Source of the DNA: Undibacterium cyanobacteriorum
GTDB taxonomy: Bacteria; Pseudomonadota; Gammaproteobacteria; Burkholderiales; Burkholderiaceae_D
Reading direction: 5' to 3'
Assembly (NCBI RefSeq): GCF_031326225.1
Contig: NZ_CP133720.1
Span: 4,046,139-4,070,138 of the forward strand
DNA length: 24,000 bases
Made by a program: the position numbers and the translations under genes. Each line of letters starts with the position of its first letter. Position 1 is the first letter of the stretch. Positions 19,043 to 24,000 of the stretch are shown piece by piece. The notes under the pieces were generated by a model, which searched no databases, was not told the origin of the DNA, and saw only the letters and a program-made list of their open reading frames with translations.

Positions 19043-19690
19043 ATGCTGGACCCGCATGCTACCAGTCTTCGCATCGTGGTAATCAATACGATTAGCCACC
19101 CTCATGATCTTGAACAGGACCGCGATCCGCATCTGGAGGCACAACTCCAGCGTTCGCGCGACTTGCGCATAGGCTTGCTACAAGCGGGTTACAACGTCAT
19201 CGCCTCCATCCCAGGTGACATCTATTTGATTGAACGCCTGACCCAGCTTCAACCTGATCTGATCATCATCGATGCTGAATCCGATGCGCGCGATGTGCTC
19301 GAAGATCTAGTGATGGTCAGCCGCGATGCGCCGCGCCCGATTGTGTTATTTACGGAAGAAGGGAATCCGTCACAACTCGCCGCCGCCATGAACGCGGGCG
19401 TTTCCGCCTATGTCGTCGCTGGGCTTCAAGTCGATCGCGTCAAGCCCGTCTTAGAAGTCGCTGTAGCGCGTTTTAACGCCGATCAAAAGCTACGCAATGA
19501 GCTGCACGAAACCAAGACCAAACTCGCCGAACGCAAGATCATCGACAAAGCGAAGGGAGTCTTGATGTCCAAGCATGGTCTGAGCGAAGAAGCAGCCTAT
19601 CAAAAACTGCGCAAGCAAGCGATGGAAAAAAATCTCAGATTGGTTGATCTGGCGCAGCGCATACTCGATGTTGCAGATTTGCTCGGCTAG
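19043..19690 (+). CDS. nasT: Nitrate-assimilation antiterminator, REC (pseudo-receiver) + ANTAR domain response regulator NasT
   Basis: ORF track. The receiver-like N-terminus includes LRIVVIN...PDLIIIDAES...PIVLFTE...GVSAYVV. The ANTAR C-terminus is LAERKIIDKAKGVLMSKHGLSEEAAYQKLRKQAMEKNLRLVDLAQRIL. The gene sits directly upstream of a nasFED-nirB cluster. Confidence 0.9.
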   Translation: MLDPHATSLRIVVINTISHPHDLEQDRDPHLEAQLQRSRDLRIGLLQAGYNVIASIPGDIYLIERLTQLQPDLIIIDAESDARDVLEDLVMVSRDAPRPIVLFTEEGNPSQLAAAMNAGVSAYVVAGLQVDRVKPVLEVAVARFNADQKLRNELHETKTKLAERKIIDKAKGVLMSKHGLSEEAAYQKLRKQAMEKNLRLVDLAQRILDVADLLG

Positions 19691-19936
19691 CAAGTCGCCT
19701 TTGAGTCATCCGTTCCAACTTGGTGCGACGCACAATTAATGCGCATACACCTCGACCCAAAGCAGTGCAATCACGTGCCGGTTCCCAATAAAAGTAATAA
19801 GACCACTGTCCCTTACTCTCAGTCCGCTCATTAGCTGCCATCGACAACAACAAAGCCTCGACACGAGAGGAAAACGAGAGCGAAATCAGCTTCTCTTACG
19901 CCAAGGCCAGATACCAACACCGTGCTCAAAGCTGCT

Positions 19937-19960
19937 CCACTCCAGACCACTCCAGCCCAC
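19937..19960. repeat. 10-bp-phased direct repeat CCACTCCAG(A)CCACTCCAG(C)CCAC
   Basis: Read directly: CCACTCCAG occurs at 19937-19945 and 19947-19955, with a partial third copy at 19957-19960. The repeat ends ~22 bp upstream of the sigma54 -24 element. Confidence 0.85.
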
Positions 19961-19981
19961 TTTCTTTTGCCGCAGAAATCG

Positions 19982-19997
19982 TGGCACGCTCTTTGCT
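19982..19997 (+). promoter_or_regulatory. Sigma54 (-24/-12) promoter of the nasFED-nirB operon: TGGCAC-N5-TTGCT
   Basis: TGGCACgctctTTGCT matches the RpoN consensus TGGCAC-N5-TTGCW exactly. The position (~160 bp upstream of nasF) and the nitrogen-assimilation context fit NtrC/RpoN control. Confidence 0.75.
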
Positions 19998-20031
19998 AAA
20001 TCAAAATTGAACTACCGAATTTAAATGAGCC

Positions 20032-20049
20032 AGCCAACGGCGGTTGGCT
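20032..20049 (+). promoter_or_regulatory. Leader RNA hairpin P1 (AGCCAAC-GGCG-GTTGGCT) upstream of the attenuator terminator
   Basis: A perfect 7-bp stem lies ~25 nt downstream of the predicted transcription start and 12 nt upstream of the terminator's 5' arm. It is a candidate part of the NasT (ANTAR) recognition element. Confidence 0.5.
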
Positions 20050-20060
20050 TATTTCAGACA

Positions 20061-20129
20061 AAGGCGTCTTCACCGCACCCTGCGCATTTTTTGCGCACTC
20101 AGGGTCCGGTGCAGATGCCTTTTTTGTTT
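20061..20129 (+). terminator. Long intrinsic terminator (attenuator) in the nasF leader
   Basis: I hand-paired the stem. 20061-20086 pairs with 20092-20121 for ~24 bp, with 2 mismatches, one G-U and a 4-nt bulge at 20098-20101. The loop is TTTTT (20087-20091), followed immediately by TTTTTGTTTT (20120-20129). It lies between the sigma54 promoter and the nasF SD (AGGAG, 20145-20149). Confidence 0.8.
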
Positions 20130-20154
20130 TACGCGATGAAAAACAGGAGCCAGC

Positions 20155-21483
20155 ATGCCACACATGAAATTGAACAAAGACATTTCACACGATTCGGATA
20201 CTCCGGCAAGCAACAGCATGAATCACAGAGAGGAAGCCTTGAACCATGACACAACGAACACTCCCCATTTTGGTCGTCGCCAACTCTTACAAGGTGCTGG
20301 TGCGCTGGCAGCTAGTGCCATGTTGAGCAATGGCGTATGGGCAGCAGGCTCCGACAAGCCTGAAAAAGAGGAAGTCAAAATCGGCTTCATTCCTTTGACG
20401 GATTGTGCGTCTGTGGTGATGGCCTCGGTGCTGGGCTTCGACAAAAAGTACGGAATCAAAATTATTCCAACCAAAGAATCTTCTTGGGCCAGTGTGCGCG
20501 ATAAATTGGTCAATGGCGAACTCGATGCAGCGCACGTTCTATATGGCTTGATCTATGGCGTGCAATTGGGGATTGGCGGTCCGAAGAAGGATATGAATAT
20601 TCTGATGACGCTCAATAATAATGGGCAAGCCATTACGCTCTCGAAAAAACTGGCGGACAAAGGCGCAGTGGATGGTCCTGGCCTCGCCAAACTGATGACG
20701 AGAGAAAAACGCGACTACACCTTCGCACAAACTTTCCCGACCGGCACTCATGCGATGTGGTTGTACTACTGGCTCGCTGCACACGGCATCAACCCGATGA
20801 AAGACGCCAAAGTGATTACCGTGCCACCACCGCAAATGGTGGCGAATATGCGGGTCGATAATATGGATGGCTACTGCGTTGGTGAGCCTTGGAATCACCG
20901 CGCCATTGCCGATGGCATCGGCATCACGGCCGTCACGACGCAAGATATTTGGAAAGACCACCCAGAAAAAGTCTTGGGCACTACGGCTGAATTCACACAA
21001 AAATATCCAAACACTGCGAGAGCCATGATCGCCGCGATCCTAGAGGCTAGCCGCTGGATCGATGCGTCCCTCAGCAACAAACAAAAAATGGCGGAAACGA
21101 TTGCTGAGAAGTCCTACGTCAATACTTCGGTCGACGTCATCAACCAACGTATTTTGGGCCGCTATCAAAATGGACTAGGTAAGACTTGGGATGATCCTAA
21201 CTACATGAAGTTTTTCAATGATGGTGCGGTCAACTTCCCTTACCTCTCCGATGGGATGTGGTTCCTGACCCAGCATCGCCGTTGGGGTTTGTTGAAATCT
21301 GATCCCGACTACCTGGCCGTTGCGCAAGCGGTGAACCGTATCGATCTGTACAAAGACGGCGCCAGTTTGGCCAAGGTCAACGTCCCGAAAGATCCTATGC
21401 GTAAAAGCAAATTGCTCGATGGCACAGTCTGGGATGGTAAGAATCCCGCCGCCTACGCTGCATCCTTCAAAATCAAAGCATGA
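20155..21483 (+). CDS. nasF: Nitrate/nitrite ABC transporter periplasmic substrate-binding protein (NrtA/CmpA family; NasF)
   Basis: ORF track. An AGGAG SD lies 5 nt upstream of the ATG. The Tat-type signal is GRRQLLQGAGALAASAMLSNGVWA. NrtA-like motifs are VKIGFIPLTDCASVV and GYCVGEPWN. Confidence 0.92.
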   Translation: MPHMKLNKDISHDSDTPASNSMNHREEALNHDTTNTPHFGRRQLLQGAGALAASAMLSNGVWAAGSDKPEKEEVKIGFIPLTDCASVVMASVLGFDKKYGIKIIPTKESSWASVRDKLVNGELDAAHVLYGLIYGVQLGIGGPKKDMNILMTLNNNGQAITLSKKLADKGAVDGPGLAKLMTREKRDYTFAQTFPTGTHAMWLYYWLAAHGINPMKDAKVITVPPPQMVANMRVDNMDGYCVGEPWNHRAIADGIGITAVTTQDIWKDHPEKVLGTTAEFTQKYPNTARAMIAAILEASRWIDASLSNKQKMAETIAEKSYVNTSVDVINQRILGRYQNGLGKTWDDPNYMKFFNDGAVNFPYLSDGMWFLTQHRRWGLLKSDPDYLAVAQAVNRIDLYKDGASLAKVNVPKDPMRKSKLLDGTVWDGKNPAAYAASFKIKA

Positions 21484-22433
21484 GTGTGAGTATGACTGCC
21501 AGCCTAAGCCCCAGCAATTCCGTCAAATTGGCGAGCGAGACGTCTGTTTCCAACACGAGTAGTACGCCACTCAAAGTGAAGCCTTTACACGATAGCCATC
21601 AAGGCGCTAATGAAGAGGTCTACCACAATCGTGTGAAGCATTACTTTGCTCAAGCCAAAGCACTCGTCCGTAGTGGTTTCCTTTATCTCTTGCCACGTTT
21701 CTTGGGCTTAGCTTTGTTAGTCTTAATCTGGTCCATCATCGCGGAAAAGAACAATTCCTTGCCCTCACCGACTGCGACATGGCAGGAAGCGGTCAAGGTA
21801 TTTTCTGACCCTTTCTATCAAAATGGTCCCAACGATCAAGGCATTGGCTGGAACATCTATGCCTCCTTAAAACGCGTCGCGGTTGGTTTTGGCTTGGCCG
21901 CTTTGTGTGGCATTCCGCTGGGCTTTTTGATTGGTCGCTATCGCTTCTTGAGTGGCATGTTCAATCCCATCATTAGCTTACTGAAACCTGTTTCTCCTTT
22001 GGCGTGGTTACCGATCGGTTTGTTGGTGTTTAAAGCGGCCCACCCGGCAGCGATTTGGTCGATCTTCATTTGCTCGATCTGGCCTATGTTGATCAATACG
22101 GCGATTGGGGTACAGCGCATTCCTCAAGACTATTTGAATGTGGCCAAGGTCTTGGATTTGAGCGCTTGGCGCGTCCTCACCCGCATCTATATTCCGAGCG
22201 TCTTGCCCTACATGTTGACCGGTGTGCGTTTGGCGATTGGCACGGCGTGGTTGGTCATCGTCGCCGCGGAGATGTTAACGGGTGGTGTTGGTATCGGCTT
22301 CTGGGTTTGGGATGAATGGAATAACTTGAATGTGCCACACATTCTGATCGCGATTGTGGTGATCGGTTTAGTCGGTCTCATTCTCGAACAAATTTTGATT
22401 GCAGCGGCACGCGCATTCACCTACGACGAATAA
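21480..22433 (+). CDS. nasE: Nitrate ABC transporter permease (NrtB/NasE)
   Basis: ORF track. The ATG at 21480 overlaps the nasF stop (ATGA). It is a multi-TM protein with the BPD-transporter loop region ...DYLNVAKVLDLSAWRVLTRIYIPSVLPYMLTGVRLAIG... and a hydrophilic N-terminal extension of ~60 aa. Confidence 0.9.
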   Translation: MSVSMTASLSPSNSVKLASETSVSNTSSTPLKVKPLHDSHQGANEEVYHNRVKHYFAQAKALVRSGFLYLLPRFLGLALLVLIWSIIAEKNNSLPSPTATWQEAVKVFSDPFYQNGPNDQGIGWNIYASLKRVAVGFGLAALCGIPLGFLIGRYRFLSGMFNPIISLLKPVSPLAWLPIGLLVFKAAHPAAIWSIFICSIWPMLINTAIGVQRIPQDYLNVAKVLDLSAWRVLTRIYIPSVLPYMLTGVRLAIGTAWLVIVAAEMLTGGVGIGFWVWDEWNNLNVPHILIAIVVIGLVGLILEQILIAAARAFTYDE

Positions 22434-22446
22434 ACAGGGTGCACTC

Positions 22447-23256
22447 ATGGATCAACTTAAAAAGTATATTGAAGTTCAAAACGTCGAGATGTTTTTCGAT
22501 ACCAAGCGCGGTCGCTTTCATGCATTGAAAGACATCAACTTGAGTATCGCCAAAGGGGAATTTATCAGCCTGATTGGCCATTCTGGCTGTGGTAAATCGA
22601 CACTACTGAATTTGCTCGCGGGACTCACGACCGCCACCAGCGGCACCTTGATTTGCGCGAATCGCGAAATCGCCGGTCCGTCTCCAGAACGTGGCGTGGT
22701 GTTTCAAAATCATTCCTTGCTGCCGTGGTTAAACTGTTTTGAAAATATCTATCTCGCCGTTGAACGCGTCTTTGGTCGCGCGGAGCGGGTCAGCAAATTA
22801 GTCGCCCGTACCCATCGCGCTTTGGACTTGGTCGGACTCAGCGCCGCTGAAAAGAAACGCCCGCATGAAATTTCCGGCGGTATGAAACAACGCGTCGGTA
22901 TCGCTCGCGCTTTGGCGATTGAGCCAAAAGTCTTGCTGATGGATGAGCCGTTCGGTGCCCTCGATGCCTTGACACGCGCCCATTTGCAAGATGAGTTACT
23001 CCGTATCGTCGCGCAAACGCAATCGACTGTGGTGATGGTCACGCATGATGTTGACGAAGCCGTGTTGTTATCGGATCGCATCGTCATGCTCAGCAATGGT
23101 CCCGCCGCCACCATCGGAGAAATTCTAGAGGTCGATTTGCCGCGCCCCCGTGACCGCGTCGCCTTAGCCGATAACGCACGTTACGCTCAATGTCGAAGTG
23201 CGGTCTTGGAATTCTTGTATCACCGCCAAAGTCATCCACACAAAGACGCCGCTTAA
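22447..23256 (+). CDS. nasD: Nitrate ABC transporter ATP-binding protein (NrtD/NasD)
   Basis: The ORF track gives 22399-23256. I prefer the ATG at 22447 (MDQLKKYIEVQNVEMFF), which avoids overlap with nasE. Walker A is GHSGCGKST, the ABC signature is ISGGMKQRVGIARAL and Walker B is VLLMDEPFGALD. Confidence 0.9.
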   Translation: MDQLKKYIEVQNVEMFFDTKRGRFHALKDINLSIAKGEFISLIGHSGCGKSTLLNLLAGLTTATSGTLICANREIAGPSPERGVVFQNHSLLPWLNCFENIYLAVERVFGRAERVSKLVARTHRALDLVGLSAAEKKRPHEISGGMKQRVGIARALAIEPKVLLMDEPFGALDALTRAHLQDELLRIVAQTQSTVVMVTHDVDEAVLLSDRIVMLSNGPAATIGEILEVDLPRPRDRVALADNARYAQCRSAVLEFLYHRQSHPHKDAA

Positions 23257-23303
23257 GCTTTGTTGACAACACACTCGCATCTGCAGCACTGAGAAAGATC
23301 GCT

Positions 23304-24000
23304 ATGAAGAAACAGAAATTAGTACTCATCGGTAACGGCATGGCCGGCATACGCACTCTCGAAGAGTTGTTGAAGTTAGCGCCGGACATGTATGACATCA
23401 CCGTCTTCGGCGCCGAGCCGCATCCCAATTACAACCGCATTTTATTGTCACCCGTTTTAGCCGGCGAACAGACGCTGGAAGAAATCGTTCTGAATGACTT
23501 GGAATGGTATGCCAGCCACGGCATACACCTACATCTCGGCAAAGAGATCACCAAGATTGATCGCCAAAAACGCTGCGTGGTCGCGAGCGATGGTACCACT
23601 GCAGAGTACGATCGACTCCTGATTGCAACGGGATCCAGCCCCTTCATGCTACCGGTACCAGGCAAAGATTTAACAGGCGTGGTCGCTTATCGCGATATCA
23701 AAGATACCGAGGCCATGATCGCGGCCAGCAGCTCCGATACGCATGCCGTGGTGATTGGTGGCGGCCTACTGGGACTCGAAGCCGCCAATGGTTTGAAACA
23801 GCGCGGCATGCAAGTGACCGTGGTGCATTTACCAGCGTGGCTGATGGAGCGCCAACTCGATCGCACCGCTTCCAAACTCTTGCAATCGTCCTTGGAACAG
23901 CGCGGCTTACACTTTCTACTCGAGAAAAACACCGAGGCTATTCTGGGCGATGATCAAGGCAAGGTGCGCGCCGTACGTTTCAACGATGGCCTCGAAATTC
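23304..24000 (+). CDS. nirB: Assimilatory nitrite reductase [NAD(P)H] large subunit, N-terminal ~232 codons; continues past the window end
   Basis: My own translation from the ATG at 23304 reads MKKQKLVLIGNGMAGIRTLEELL...NYNRILLSPVLAGE...YDRLLIATGSSPFMLPVPG...AVVIGGGLLGLEAANGL... It shows two dinucleotide-binding GxGxxG motifs typical of NirB. It is not in the ORF track because it has no stop in the window. Confidence 0.92.
   Translation, partial: MKKQKLVLIGNGMAGIRTLEELLKLAPDMYDITVFGAEPHPNYNRILLSPVLAGEQTLEEIVLNDLEWYASHGIHLHLGKEITKIDRQKRCVVASDGTTAEYDRLLIATGSSPFMLPVPGKDLTGVVAYRDIKDTEAMIAASSSDTHAVVIGGGLLGLEAANGLKQRGMQVTVVHLPAWLMERQLDRTASKLLQSSLEQRGLHFLLEKNTEAILGDDQGKVRAVRFNDGLEI

Noticed and set aside
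19723-19733. Palindrome GTGCG-A-CGCAC downstream of nasT, considered as an NtrC enhancer site
   Set aside because: It does not fit the TGCACC-N5-GGTGCA consensus or its spacing. It lies ~250 bp from the promoter and is a single site only.
20032-20049. Calling P1 a canonical ANTAR-target hexaloop hairpin
   Set aside because: If the closing pair is opened, the loop is CGGCGG, which lacks the A1/G4 pattern. I keep it only as a generic leader hairpin.
20223-21080. Minus-strand ORFs inside nasF (e.g. 20539-21000, 153 aa)
   Set aside because: They are antisense shadows of a well-supported NrtA-family CDS.
22749-23932. Minus-strand ORFs inside nasD and nirB
   Set aside because: They are antisense shadows of ABC ATPase and NirB frames that carry canonical motifs.
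1-24000. Search for CRISPR arrays, tRNA/rRNA genes, intact IS elements or integrases, toxin-antitoxin pairs and known defence-system signatures
   Set aside because: I found no repeat-spacer periodicity and no cloverleaf-like or rRNA-like segments. I found no integrase, recombinase, nuclease or NTPase gene sets. The only transposase-related ORF is single-copy in the window and looks catalytically degenerate.

Overview
This is a chromosomal segment of about 50% GC. Gene content and order suggest a betaproteobacterium, probably Burkholderiales-like; that is inference only. Layout from left to right: (1) The 5' ~3.15 kb of gltB lies on the minus strand. It is missing from the supplied ORF track because it runs off the window edge. 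(2) A visibly AT-rich ~550 bp intergenic region follows. (3) About 6 kb of small, mostly uncharacterised envelope or secreted genes comes next: a lipoprotein, a DUF1152-like protein, a signal-peptide gene split at an A9 run, a DUF4349-like lipoprotein, a SAM methyltransferase, an unknown 137-aa protein, a DUF3079-like Cys-rich protein and an HPP+CBS membrane protein. (4) A secreted GH63/YgjK-like glycosidase, a small membrane protein and a 1215-aa sensor histidine kinase with 14 propeller blades and a Y_Y_Y domain. (5) slyD, then a RAYT/IS200-like Y1-transposase homologue whose catalytic motifs look eroded, and an unknown 117-aa gene. (6) A nitrate-assimilation cluster: nasT (REC+ANTAR), a near-perfect sigma54 promoter, a leader with a long intrinsic terminator, nasFED (nrtABD-type ABC transporter) and the 5' end of nirB. 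I saw no CRISPR array, tRNA, rRNA, intact IS element or recognisable defence system, and I cannot point to a convincing new multi-gene system. The most checkable oddities are the A9 frame break in a -1 slippery register, the nasF leader attenuator architecture with an apparently orphan NasT, the catalytically degenerate RAYT-like gene, and the glycosidase plus propeller-kinase pairing with no response regulator.
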